Below are positions 26,068 to 38,700 of a DNA stretch of 48,368 nt, piece by piece. The stretch comes from an uncultured Methanosarcinales archaeon (GTDB lineage Archaea > Nanobdellota > Nanobdellia > Woesearchaeales > CAYSVS01): positions 1-48,368 of the forward strand of contig CAZPRK010000001.1 of the NCBI GenBank assembly GCA_964589485.1. Reading direction: 5' to 3'. The translations under genes and the position numbers were made by a program. The first letter of the stretch is position 1; each line of letters starts with the position of its first letter. The notes beneath the pieces were generated by a model. It was given only the letters and a program-made list of their open reading frames with translations. It was not told where the DNA came from and made no database searches.

Positions 26068-29000
26068 TTTTTAACCCACTTTCTTAATTTATCTAAACTT
26101 TTTTTCTTATCCATATCCTTACGCAAGTTTGCTAATTTATTAAAAGTACTAGCTCGGTTTGCTAACTCTTTCGCTTTAAGTTTATCTCTTAAAATTTTTT
26201 GATCTTTAACTTTATCTCTAAATTCTTTCTTACCCATATATTTTACAAAATCTTGAACTTTTTCATCTCCTAACTTTCTAGGCTGTAAAACTTGTTTAGC
26301 TGAAATATTTTTTAATCGTTCAGTTGGACTTTTAGGAATTAAATCTTGAACTTTTTCAAATGTACTTTCTTTAGATTTAAATTTCTTGAAAACTTTACTT
26401 AAATCTTGACGCTTTGCCCTTACTTTATTCATAAAAGCACCATGCATATTTGGAGCAGGTCTACTAATTACTTTTGGTTTAGACAAAGTTTTTGGTTGAA
26501 AACTTGGTTTTGCAAAATTAACTCTAGGTAAAGATTTCTTTCTGAACTTTTTATAAGCAACATAACCAAACCCTCCGCCCATCATTAATATTCCCAAACT
26601 TAAAAATATAACAGCTAAAATTGGTTGCGGTTTACTATTAGGATCAGTTGGATCAAACCCACCATCAACTTCTCTTTTATCATCATATCCATCTTGATCA
26701 GTATCCTTATCTAAAGGATTCAAATCACCTAAATATCCACCAGTTACTGTTAATTCATACTCTTCCCTGTTAGTTAATCCATCTTTATCAGGATCTTGAA
26801 TTGCGTCACTTGGATCTCTTGGATTTAATTTATATTTTTCTTCCCAAGTATCATCCATTCCATCTCCATCTCTATCATTTTTTTCTTCATTAAAGTTAGG
26901 TTCTCTTCCTAATCTATATTCTTCTAAGTTTGATTTCCCATCTTTATCTAAGTCATCATCTTTATCATCTTTAGATGTATCTAACCCGTATAAATTTTCC
27001 CATTCATCACCTAAAGTATCACATTCAATATCAAAGGTACAGTCACTTACACATCCTGAAGAAGTTAAAGGATTATAATCATTACAATCAGGACCATTTT
27101 CACAACCTAAACCAAAACCGTCAGTATCTAAATCTAAGACACATTTTGAATCACAACCAACATGTTCAGATTTTTGACCATCATTACAATCTCCTTTACA
27201 TCCATAACCAAAACCATCTCCATCTCCGTCATGTATACAACCACTCGAACAATCTTCAGAAGTCCCAGAATCAGTATCATCACAATCATAACCACAATTA
27301 AACCCTGAACCATCCCCATCACTATCTTGCGAACATCCACTTACACAACCTATATGCTTACTAGAAAGAGTATCATCACAATCTAATCCTGCTTGACAAC
27401 CTAACCCATAACCATCTCCATCATTATCAATATAACATTTATTTGAACAAATACTGTTTAAACCATAATTTGTTTCATCACAATCATTTCCTAAATCACA
27501 TCCCATTCCGTAACCATCACCATCACTATCTTGTCTACAACCATTAGTACAATCTAAGCCTCTAAAATTATCAGCATCATTACAATCATTTCCTTTAATA
27601 CAACCTAAACCATATTCATCTCCATCATTATCTTGTCTACAACCACTTGCACATACACTTGTTAAAGTTGCATCTTGATCATTACAATCTTGACCATTAG
27701 TACAACCCATACCAAAACCGTCACCATCTCCATCAGACCTACAACCATTTAAACATCCTTTAAATTTACTTGAATCTTGATCATTACAATCTAAACCATT
27801 ATAACATCCGTAACCATATCCATCATTATCATTATCAATTAAACATCCTTCTTGAGAAGCTGGTTCACATGCATCTCCTACCCCGTCAAAATCAGAATCA
27901 ATTTGATTAGGATTTACAACATTAGGACAATTATCTGCACCATTAATAATCCCATCTCCATCTGTATCTTTAGATAACTTTGATAAGTTAATATAATGAA
28001 ACCCTTCTCCTACATTTTCCGCTTTATCTTCAGCATACCAACATAACCAAGTATTTTGTTCAACAAAAAAATTCCCATCATAATCATTATCAGAATTAAA
28101 ACAAAGATCTTTCTGTGAAGATAATCCATATTTAGTTTTATTATTATTACATCCACTAGGGAACCTATTATCTCTTCCCTCCTTATCTCTACAATTTAAA
28201 GTTATATTAGCTTTCAAACTATTACCTTTTTCAATTACAACAATATAAGGCGGCATATTTTCTAAACATTCTACATCAGTATTACGTTTAGCTTTAAATG
28301 CTTCAGATAATACTTCAGTTGAATATGATCCTGCTTTATTCATAGCTCTAACTTTAAATTTATAATCCTGGTTATAAGATAAATTAATATCTCCGCCATT
28401 TGGCAAAGAATCTACTCTAACTTCATTCTCAGTTGTTTTCACCCAATCAAAGATACCTTCTAATTTATATTCATAAAAATCAATCCCAGATTCATTATCT
28501 TCAGCATTAAATTCCAAATCCATAACAAAACTATCATCTCTTTTACATGCATTTTCACTTACAGTAATATTTTGAATTAAAGGTTTAGTTAAATCAACAG
28601 TAAACTCAACAGTTTTAGTAACAGTTTGACTACTTTCACATTCAATTTCATAAGTATGTTTTCCAGCAACTAAATTCGATAATAATTTAGAATGTTCTTT
28701 TGCTACTGGACCTAAAGAATCTGATTCGTCAAAACATTCAGCTTCCCTATTTGTACTTAAATTCAACCAAATCCTATTAGTAGAAACATATTCAGGAGTA
28801 TTTACAGTTATTTCCAAAGGTGCACTAAAATCTAATTTAACAGTTACAGTTTGAACTTCAGATAACGCTCCACCTTTATTTTCACATCTTACATTATAAT
28901 TAAAAGATTGTTGATCTTGATCTTCAGTGTATTTAATTGAATGAGTATGTTGTTTAACAAAAGTATTTTCGTCTTGATCGTCCCATCCAGGAAATACGTT

Positions 29001-29732
29001 AGACATTTTATGATAATCTGTTTCAACATTGTCAAATTTACAAATAGTATCGTCATCTGTATCTACAATTAAAGTAGTTTCTCTATCATCAACTACAGGA
29101 TTCGGATTTGCAACAAATCTTGAAATAACAGGAGGTGTTGAATCTAATGTAATATCAAATAATTTAGGAGTTACTTCATAAGTATCATTACATAACATAT
29201 AAATCGAAATTCCATTTCTAATTCTCCAATTTAAACTTGAGTGAGTATGAATTATTCCATCAGTTACTGGAAACAACGGAGCTCTATCTAAAGGTAAAGT
29301 AAAGTCATCTTCTTTACTATATTTACATAAAGCCTCTACTTCAGTTTCGATTTCTAAAGTGAAAGGTTCAGAAGTTGCATACCCAAACCTTGGCTTTAAT
29401 AAATCAATTTTCAAAGGAACAATTTCAATTGGAAAAGTAAACCGTTTACTAGGGTTTCCAGCTACATCAACTGCTTTTACTATTAAATCATATTCTCCTA
29501 AAGGTAAAACGTCTAAAGATTGAAACCTGTAAGTTTTATTCAAAGGATTTTTATAAATTTGAACTCTAAAAATTTCAAAATCATTAGTTATAGTTGCATC
29601 TTCAACATAAGAAGATTCTAAAAAAGTTACACTAACCATTGGTAACCTGTCAGAGGTAGAAAATTCAACAGCAGTTACATTTACAGCTAACAAAATAAAT
29701 AAAACTCCCAATATACCTCTTTTTTTCATCAT
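26064..29732 (-). CDS. Large membrane-anchored adhesin-like protein: Ig-like repeats, FN3, TSP3 repeats, Cys/Asp repeats, TM, Lys-rich cytoplasmic tail (about 1220 aa)
   Basis: MMKKRGILGVLFILLAVNVTA signal; DTDGDGIINGADNCPNVVNPNQIDSDFDGVGDAC (TSP3); 8 Cys-rich repeats; D-x-D-x-DG repeats; TM; about 160-aa basic tail. Confidence 0.85.
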   Translation of the reverse strand: MMKKRGILGVLFILLAVNVTAVEFSTSDRLPMVSVTFLESSYVEDATITNDFEIFRVQIYKNPLNKTYRFQSLDVLPLGEYDLIVKAVDVAGNPSKRFTFPIEIVPLKIDLLKPRFGYATSEPFTLEIETEVEALCKYSKEDDFTLPLDRAPLFPVTDGIIHTHSSLNWRIRNGISIYMLCNDTYEVTPKLFDITLDSTPPVISRFVANPNPVVDDRETTLIVDTDDDTICKFDNVETDYHKMSNVFPGWDDQDENTFVKQHTHSIKYTEDQDQQSFNYNVRCENKGGALSEVQTVTVKLDFSAPLEITVNTPEYVSTNRIWLNLSTNREAECFDESDSLGPVAKEHSKLLSNLVAGKHTYEIECESSQTVTKTVEFTVDLTKPLIQNITVSENACKRDDSFVMDLEFNAEDNESGIDFYEYKLEGIFDWVKTTENEVRVDSLPNGGDINLSYNQDYKFKVRAMNKAGSYSTEVLSEAFKAKRNTDVECLENMPPYIVVIEKGNSLKANITLNCRDKEGRDNRFPSGCNNNKTKYGLSSQKDLCFNSDNDYDGNFFVEQNTWLCWYAEDKAENVGEGFHYINLSKLSKDTDGDGIINGADNCPNVVNPNQIDSDFDGVGDACEPASQEGCLIDNDNDGYGYGCYNGLDCNDQDSSKFKGCLNGCRSDGDGDGFGMGCTNGQDCNDQDATLTSVCASGCRQDNDGDEYGLGCIKGNDCNDADNFRGLDCTNGCRQDSDGDGYGMGCDLGNDCDETNYGLNSICSNKCYIDNDGDGYGLGCQAGLDCDDTLSSKHIGCVSGCSQDSDGDGSGFNCGYDCDDTDSGTSEDCSSGCIHDGDGDGFGYGCKGDCNDGQKSEHVGCDSKCVLDLDTDGFGLGCENGPDCNDYNPLTSSGCVSDCTFDIECDTLGDEWENLYGLDTSKDDKDDDLDKDGKSNLEEYRLGREPNFNEEKNDRDGDGMDDTWEEKYKLNPRDPSDAIQDPDKDGLTNREEYELTVTGGYLGDLNPLDKDTDQDGYDDKREVDGGFDPTDPNSKPQPILAVIFLSLGILMMGGGFGYVAYKKFRKKSLPRVNFAKPSFQPKTLSKPKVISRPAPNMHGAFMNKVRAKRQDLSKVFKKFKSKESTFEKVQDLIPKSPTERLKNISAKQVLQPRKLGDEKVQDFVKYMGKKEFRDKVKDQKILRDKLKAKELANRASTFNKLANLRKDMDKKKSLDKLRKWVKK
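27042..27845 (-). repeat. Eight tandem 32-34 aa coding repeats, CxxDxDGDGxGxGCxxGxDCNDx8C
   Basis: Read directly from the translation (CLIDNDNDGYGYGC... to CVLDLDTDGFGLGC...). Confidence 0.85.
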
Positions 29733-29733
29733 A

Positions 29734-32700
29734 TTAATATTGTTCAAAACTTATTCCAATATTTGCATCAGCCTTTCTTTCTTTTGCTGAAACTAACCTT
29801 GCACTTTCAACTCCTCTAAACTTCTCATCATGAATAATTAAGCCAGTTTTATCATTATACCTTTCTCCATTATAAGCCAAAACTTCATAGTCGTTAAAAG
29901 TAGTTTCTTTATTTTCATCATTAAACAAATATATATTATGTGCAAATTTATTATTTTCATCTAAAGTTAATAATTCACTTTTGAAGTTAGGAGAATTTGC
30001 TAAAGTTAATTCTACTTTACTTATAGGAACTACAGATGTAACATATCCTCTAAATTCATAACTTTCATTTTTAGTAATACTAGGCGGAATAGGATCTAAA
30101 TAAGGTCTTGGAGCCAAAGGATCATAATGAAATTTAATAAACTCAGTTTCTCCTGCTTCTCCTTCTTGGTCAATTGAAATTACACCAATTGAATAATCTC
30201 CCACTTCCAAAATAGGCAAATTAGCAGTCATTACATTTCCATCACTAGTTGTAGAAACATCAATACGCATTTCTTCGTTAACTTCATCAGTTTTTATATT
30301 ATCTAACCTAGTAAAATTAAAAATACTATTTTCTATATCTAATGCATCTGTTAACAAATAATATTGCATCCAAGTATGAGTTGAGTTATATTTATTATTA
30401 GAATCATAATAAGTTTTATCTAAACCTTTCAAATCTTCCCATGCATCCGGTAAACCATCTTGATCATCATCAAAGATACTAAAAGTTACAATTGCTTGTT
30501 CATATGAATCAGTTACTTCAATGTTAATATTTACAACAGGTCCTTCTGAATTATAAATAACCATAACACTATCTTCCCCAGTGTTATAAGTCAATTCATC
30601 TACTGCTAAAACAGTAATAGTATTTTGTCCTCTGGATAAAGCTAATAAATTAAAATTAAAATCACCAGTAGATTTAGCTTGAGATTGTAACCTTGCAGTA
30701 TACTCGTTATTTACATAAGCTTTCAAAATAACATTAGGAGGAGCAGTTCCTTTTACATTAATTAAAGGATATTCAAAGACTTCTCCTTCAACTGGAGCAA
30801 TAATATCAACATTTAATCCTTGTTGTGTACATTCATCTCTACATCTATATATCCCTTCAGGAGTTCTTAAAAAATTACATACCCAGAACGGATTTCTTTT
30901 AGTAATTATTCTATTACCGCCAGCATCTGTTACACTAACTGCAAAATCATATAAAGAATCATCATATCCATTCAAAGGTAAATCTACTTTACATTCTGCT
31001 TTATTATTATCTAATAAAGTTAAATCAAATTGACCGCCATCTGTTTTAACATTATTTACATCTGATATATCCACTATACATTTCCCTTCATTAAACCCAT
31101 TATCAGATTCAAAAGTCATTGTAACTTCAAGGTCATCTCTTTTATATTTATTAAAATATTTTCTTGTTGAATATAATCCATCAATTGAACTTAATGATGG
31201 TCCTTCTTTAACAAAAGTTCTAGAAATATCATATCCAGTTTCACTATCTGAGTTTCCTGCTCCATCAAAAACATCTACTTCAACATAATAAATACCAGAA
31301 TCTAATCCATCTTGATAATCCCAGATACAATCAGTATTATGTTCATTTTGAGTAATTAAATTATCTGTTGTTTTGTCATACATTCTAAAATTACAATAAT
31401 AAATCCCAGTTCCAGAATCACTAGCTAAAGCAGTTATCAATGCACCTTCAGGGTTTGTTGAAACAATAAGTTCTTCAAATTCAGGAGCAACATTTTCCAA
31501 AACTTTAATATTTAATGTAGATATTTTTTCTTGATCTGTTCCTACCCTTCCAATTAAATTAATTCTAGATTGACCAACTGTTGTTGCTTTATATGCAAAA
31601 GTACTATCAATTTTAACTCTTGCATTATCTGTAAATGGTTCAATTTGCCCACCATAAGTTTTAACAGTATAACTAACTGAATCTTGTTTATTTGAATTTG
31701 AATCTAAATTAAAATTATCATTTAAATTACTTAAAGGATTTTGATCATCACCTACAAAGAAAGTCATTCCTAATTCTTCAGTTCCTTTAAGATTTAATTT
31801 AAAGAAATCACCTTTCTTAACATATTTATTATATGAAGCTATTACTGTTCCTTCTTCAACCTTACCAAAACTTCCTCCGAAAGATAAGTCATCATTATAT
31901 TCCCAAACTTCATCAGGAAGTGTTAACCCAGTTAAATCAGTATTAGGACAATCTGATGTACAATCGCTATCTTGACAATCTTTTAAACCATCGTTATCAT
32001 CATCTAATCCATTGTTACAAACTTCATTTAAACTAGTTTCGCAGTTATTATTTTTACATGTTGAACCAATTCCACAAATTTGTCCATCGCAATCACTATC
32101 TGCACAATTTGCAACATTATCAACAGCTGCATCTTCATTCCCTGTTGCTAAATAACTAGGTGAAGCCATACAACTATCAAGTGTAATACTTTCAGTAATA
32201 GGACTAGGATAACAATTCCCAGTAGTACAAGCAGGATCAGGAGGCAATCCATTACAACCTAAATAATCACAAAACCCATTTCCATCATTATCAAATCCAT
32301 CATCACAACTAACTTCTTTTTCAAATTCACAACTTTGTTCAGTATTAGGTTTAGTAACTCCGTTACAATCTACATCTCTACAATCAATTCCATTTGCAGT
32401 TGATCCGCCAGAATAAACTTTATCAGGTGCATCTAAATCATTATCCTTTCCATCAAAACATTGTGCAGCATCAAACCCAAATGACTTAGTTTGACCTTCA
32501 GTTACTGGACAAGTTCTTTTTCCATCAATAGTATCTGCTTCAATTCCTCTACAATCATAATCTTCACAATCCATACCTGAACTTTCATCTCTATCTAAAT
32601 TTCCAGCACCATCATCGAAATCATCATCCTTACCATTATGACACCATGCAGGATTATTATTTTCAAATGCCGGACAAGGATTTGTTATTTCATTATCTGA

Positions 32701-35700
32701 TCTTCCACCAGCGCCCCAACAACTTCCTGCATCATAACAATCAACACTTCCATCTGCATCATTATCAAATTCGTCTTTACAACTAGAAGGATAATTTTTT
32801 CCTTCTCCTAATGGACCAACAGGAGTAAGATCATCAGAATTATTAATACCATCTCCATCAATATCTCCATCATTAATATTTAATTTACCGTCTCCATCAT
32901 TATCTCCTAAAGGATTTAATACAATATTTTCATATTTTTTATCAACTCTCCCGTCACCATTTGCATCAGGATCATCTCCATTTAATATTCCATCATTATC
33001 AATATCTTCATCATCAATATCTACTGTACCGTCTCCATCAGTATCAGTAATTGAATCAAATACAATATCATCGTATCTTAAATCAACTATTCCATCACCA
33101 TTTGCATCAGGATCATGTTTATTTTCAATTCCATCTCCATCAATATCATTATCATCGATATCTAATATACCATCATTATCAGTGTCAGGATCATCTACTA
33201 TATCTTCATATTGAGTATCTATTTCTCCATCTTCATTTGCATCAGGGTCATTTCCGTTTAATATTCCATCTCCGTCAATATCATCATCATTAATATCTAA
33301 GTTACCATCACCATCGGTATCTTTTTCTACATCTTTAATTATATCTTTATATCTATTGTCAACTATTCCGTCACCGTTTGCATCAGGATCATCATCATTC
33401 AATATTCCATCATTGTCAATATCTTCATCATTAATGTCTAATTTACCATCATTATCAGTATCCACAGTTTTATCAGGAACTACATCTTTATATCTATCGT
33501 CAACTATTCCGTCACCATTAGCATCAGGGTCGTCTCCATTTAATATCCCATCATTATCAATATCCTTATCATTAATATCAACTATCCCATCTCCATCAGT
33601 ATCTTTTTCTACATCTATAACTACATCTTTATACTTATCATCAACTACACCATCTCCGTTAGCATCAGGATCATCTCCATTTTCTATCCCATCTCCATCG
33701 ATATCTTCATCATTTACATTTAACAAACCATCATTATCAATATCAGGATCAGAAACTATATCTTTGTAATTATCATCTACTTCTCCATCATTATCAGCAT
33801 CAGGATCATTTCCATTTTTAGTTCCATCCCCATCTAAGTCATCATCTTGCACATCAGGAATTCCATCATTATCAGAATCTACAGTTGTATCAATAGAATA
33901 TTCACATAAACATCCACCTGTAATTTTACAATTTGCAAAACCACTTCTACCATCACAATCTACATCTAAACAATCAGTTAACGCAATTCCATCAGATAAA
34001 TCTTGATATGATTTAGAAATTCTAGGTTGACCGTATTTTCCAAAATCAAAATCATCATTATTTCCATTATTACAATTTGTTTCTTTTACTAAACAAGCTT
34101 CCGCTGTAACTTTACTTCCAGCTTGTTTAAAACAATCAGTATCAAAACAATCTAAAAATCTTCCTTTTGGACTTATAAAAGTTCCATCTTGATAATCTTC
34201 AATTAATTGTGCATATCCACTTGACTTTAAAATTAAAGGATCATCCATATCATTATCAAAACCATCATTACAACTTAATTCAGTATTTAATTCACATTTA
34301 TTTCCTAGATTGTTTACAATTAAACCATTACAATCATCATCTCTACAATCAGCTTTATCTCCACCATATTTATCAAATTCAAAAGGACTATCTAAATCAT
34401 TATCAACTCCATCATTACAATAACTGTAAACACCATTATTTAGTAAAGCTTCAGAATTAACTAAACTAGCTTTTTTATTATTTCTAATTTCAAATAATTC
34501 AAGTTCAGTAACTGCTTGCCTATTATTTCCTTCAACATCAGTAATAACTTGAACTTTTGGTTTATTTTCACCTTCTATAGCTTCAATTATTTTTAAATTC
34601 ATTAATGCTCTTATATTTTCAGGAGTTGCACATTTAATTTCACCACTTATATCTGACTTAATAAATTCACCACCTTCACAATTTGTAAAGGTACTTTGTC
34701 CAAATGTCCCAGTAAAATCATATACTTGAAAATTATTTTTTACAGTATTTGAATTAGACATTTCAAATCTAACTTTTAAATTTCCAGTAGTAGATGCGTA
34801 TTTATTATAAAACCCAGTAACTCCTAAGTCTCTAATTTTAAACATACAAAATTGATCATTATAACAAGGATCATCTAAAACAATTGATTGTTGAAAATCT
34901 TTTAAATTTCTAATTTTATAATAAATAGAAGCACATGCTCTAGTGTTTACTGCATTTTCACCCTCACAATCAAAACCTTCTTCATTAAATTCTTCATTAC
35001 CAAATTCTTTATTAAAAGCATACATATTTTGAACATCAAAGTCATAAGGACAATTTTCTTCATTAAAGAAATATCCAGGCTTTGAATTACATGAAATTGA
35101 ATTTTCTAAATCAACATTAGTAAACGTATTTTTTAAATGTACAACAACTTTTTCTCTAACAGCTCCAGGATATGTTAAATAAATAAATTTCCAACCATCT
35201 TGATGTTCATTATCTTCATCTATTTCATAACTTAAATAATAAACTCCATCTTCTTCCCATGTAATATATTTATCAGATGAAAATGTAGAATCCAAATTAC
35301 TCAAATCTGCACCAATTAAAGATTTAGAAGTTCCTTCTTCTAAGAAAAATTGAAATACAATTGTATCTCCATCACCATAGAATAATCTATTTTGTTTGGG
35401 GTGAACTAATTGATAAGTATATTCTTTTTCTAATTCCCCATTAAACACTCCCTCACATTTAAAATTCAAAGTATGATTTGCATCTAAATATTTAGGATTT
35501 TCAATGTATTCATTTGGAACATTTCCTTCAATTCCTGCCTTTTCTTTTACATTTAAGTGAGTTATTTTTCTTTCAGGCAACGGCTCCGAATCAAAATTCA
35601 AAAAATATTCATTTCCAGTATTAAACTCTTCTTTATCATCTAAAGTATAACCACATTTTATAGGTAAATTAGATTCTAATCTAAACTTTGGACTTAGGTC

Positions 35701-38700
35701 CATTGTTGGATTATCCATAATAATATTCAATTTTGCAGGTTCTGTTGTATAAATAAAACTTGCATCTACTATTGTATCTTTACTTTGTCCATCATCAGTT
35801 TCTTTATTAGCTGTAATGTTAATAAAATATTTTGATTCAATTAAATCCCCAGTTAAAGGTAAATTATATCTAGTATATGTGTTTCTTTTTTTTGCATTTT
35901 CATTTGGCTCATAACTAATAATCAAATCACTTATTTTTAAAGCACCTGGTGCATCTATTAAATTACCAAAACCATCACCTATAGAAACAGGAATTGTACA
36001 CATTCCTTCATCATCTATTTCACAATTTGAAAGTAAAGTGTTTAAGTTAGTAGTAAAGTCTCTGAAAACTTCACCATTAAATGCTACATCATTTGTAATA
36101 AAATCATAAACAATATCTGTTCCAAAATTAACCCATGGTTTTTTAGCATAAGCATCATTATTCATTAACCCAGTTACTTTAAATTGAGCATTTGTAATTT
36201 CAACATCTTGAAGAATTTTAAAACTTAAATCATAATCTTCAGAATTTAAATTCAAAGTAGCTTCATCTCCCTGAATAAATGTAGTAATAGTATCAAAACT
36301 TGGAATTACCTCTTCAGCTACATAAGAAACATCAATAAAATTTTTATTTTCATCTTGCAATGTTAATTTAGTTATTGTAACAGTTTTCCCCATATCATCT
36401 AAAAAGTTTAAATTAATTATTGGATTAGCTACGTTAGTAAACCCAATCCTATTTACAGTTATACCTGGCTCTAAATCAATAATAGGATTATGAGGAACTT
36501 CAGCATCAACTTCAAACCAATTAGATTCTTCTCCTAAACTTCCAACAGTATCTGTTGCATAAACTGTATATTCATAAATTGAAACAGGAAATTCTTTAGT
36601 TAATGTTAAAATAGCTTTTCTTTCTGTTTCTTCTAATGTTCCTCCGAATTGATCAGTACATTTTAATTCTTCATCTGAGCATTTAAATTCTTGAGTAAAT
36701 ACTTCATTTTCACCTGACCTTCTTGACTTTAATTCTATTTTTAATGAAGATAAATCTAATAAAGAATCTTCTTCAAATATTGTAGCTTTAATAAGCTCAG
36801 GAGCTATAGCAGATACTTTAGCCGGTGGAGCATCTATTGTAATTATAGGAGGATTTGGATCAGATACAATTTCATAATAATCAGTTTTTGTACCCAAATT
36901 ACCATATTGATCAAGTTCTACTGAATAAAGATAATTTTTACCTATCAATAAAGGAACTTCTGCACTAAACCAACCAGTAGGATATTGTTTAGAATGTAAG
37001 TTAACTAATTTATTTTCATCAACGCCTTTAATTAAAGGAGGAAAAATTGTTAAAACAGTAAATTCATCGTTAGCTTCATTTGATTCTATTTTATAATATG
37101 ATTTGTCTGTTAAATCATGACCAGGTAAGTCTATATAACCTTCAAAATTTGCTTTATTTCCTTTCAAATAAATTAAATTCCCACTATCAATAGATCTTTG
37201 AAGTTCCACTGTATCTACTACTGAATTTTCAGAAAATGAAGTAGTTTCTATAAAATCCCACGCATTTGAAATACTTGCATCGTATTGATCTTTAAAATTT
37301 TCAGTTGTGTAATAAGTCCTAATTTTAAAATTAGATTGTTCTTCATGTGCAAACCCTAAAACTGTAATTTTATTACTAGGTTGGTTTTGATTTCCAGTTG
37401 GATAAAATATACTTGGAGCTGGAGGTCCTTTAGTATCTATTTCAAAAGATTTAATTTGATCTACTTGTTCAATTGTACTTTCTACTCCATGTAAGTCGAA
37501 AGCACTTAATACAAAATTTGCATCACCTTCAATATCATCAAAATTTGTTGTTAATGGTACTTCAAAACTTCCTTTCCATAATTTAGGGTTCGTTGAAGTT
37601 AATATTATATCAGAAGACGCAGATGCACCAAATACTTCATAACTTAATTTAACTTCTTTTAAATCTTCATCTGATGTTAACGTAACAAAATATTTATTAT
37701 TTCTTAACACTATTGGAACTTCAGTCTTACCAAGTTCATTCAAAGAAATAGAAATCAGAGCAGGAGTATTATCTACATTAACCGCAGTACAAATTTTATT
37801 TTCTAAGTTCTCACCTTTATCTACACTTTGATAACAAATTTCATCCCCTTCATTAATATTAATAGGCAACTCAAAAACTAAATCAGGTTCACAATCTACA
37901 CCAAAACAATAATTAATTTTATCACAACCAAATCCTCCCAATTCTCCTAAGTGATTATAATTTTTTGAATTAAATTTTTCATCTACACATTTTAATTCAA
38001 ATTCATGAGCTTCTTTCCAATCTCCTAAATTATAAACTTCATCTGTACCTGGAACTAAAACTTGAGTTGTTGGAGATTTATCATCTACAGTAAACAAAAT
38101 TTCTTTAAACGGATTATTTTCATCATTACAAATTACTTTATATTTATAAGTATCAGATTCAAGATCTAATTGATCAGATGTATGTCTATAAAAATCAACA
38201 ATATCATCTAAATCTTCTTCCAATATTATATTTTTTTGTAAAAGTGTTCCAAAACTTGAATCATATTCTTCAATTGTCAAATCATCATAATATCTACAAT
38301 CAACATTCGCAGTTGTATCTACAGATAATATAGCCTCAGAAGTATGAATATTCGTATACGGTTTAGCATTTCTTATTCTTCTATCTGCTTCAGTTCTAGT
38401 TTCTAATATTTTGTTATAAGTATTACCTGCTGCATCTTCACAAGTTACATCATAATAATAAGTTCCATCAGCTAAATCTTCATACTTTCTTTTGAAAGAT
38501 TCTCCAAATTCATTTTCAATTTTCAAACTATCCCATATTTGATCAGATCCTGCTTTGTATAAATCAGCACTACAATACCCAGGACCATCAACTAAATTAA
38601 TATCAAATGTAACTTCGGAATATTTATACTCAGCATTACCAAACTTTTTAGTATATATATTAACATCAGTCGCTTCAACAGTAAAAGCAGCTTCTTTTGT

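Noticed and set aside
32830..33879. Regularly spaced DNA repeats as a CRISPR array
   Set aside because: Units are 135-141 nt, degenerate at synonymous positions and in frame in the giant ORF; there are no unique spacers and no cas genes
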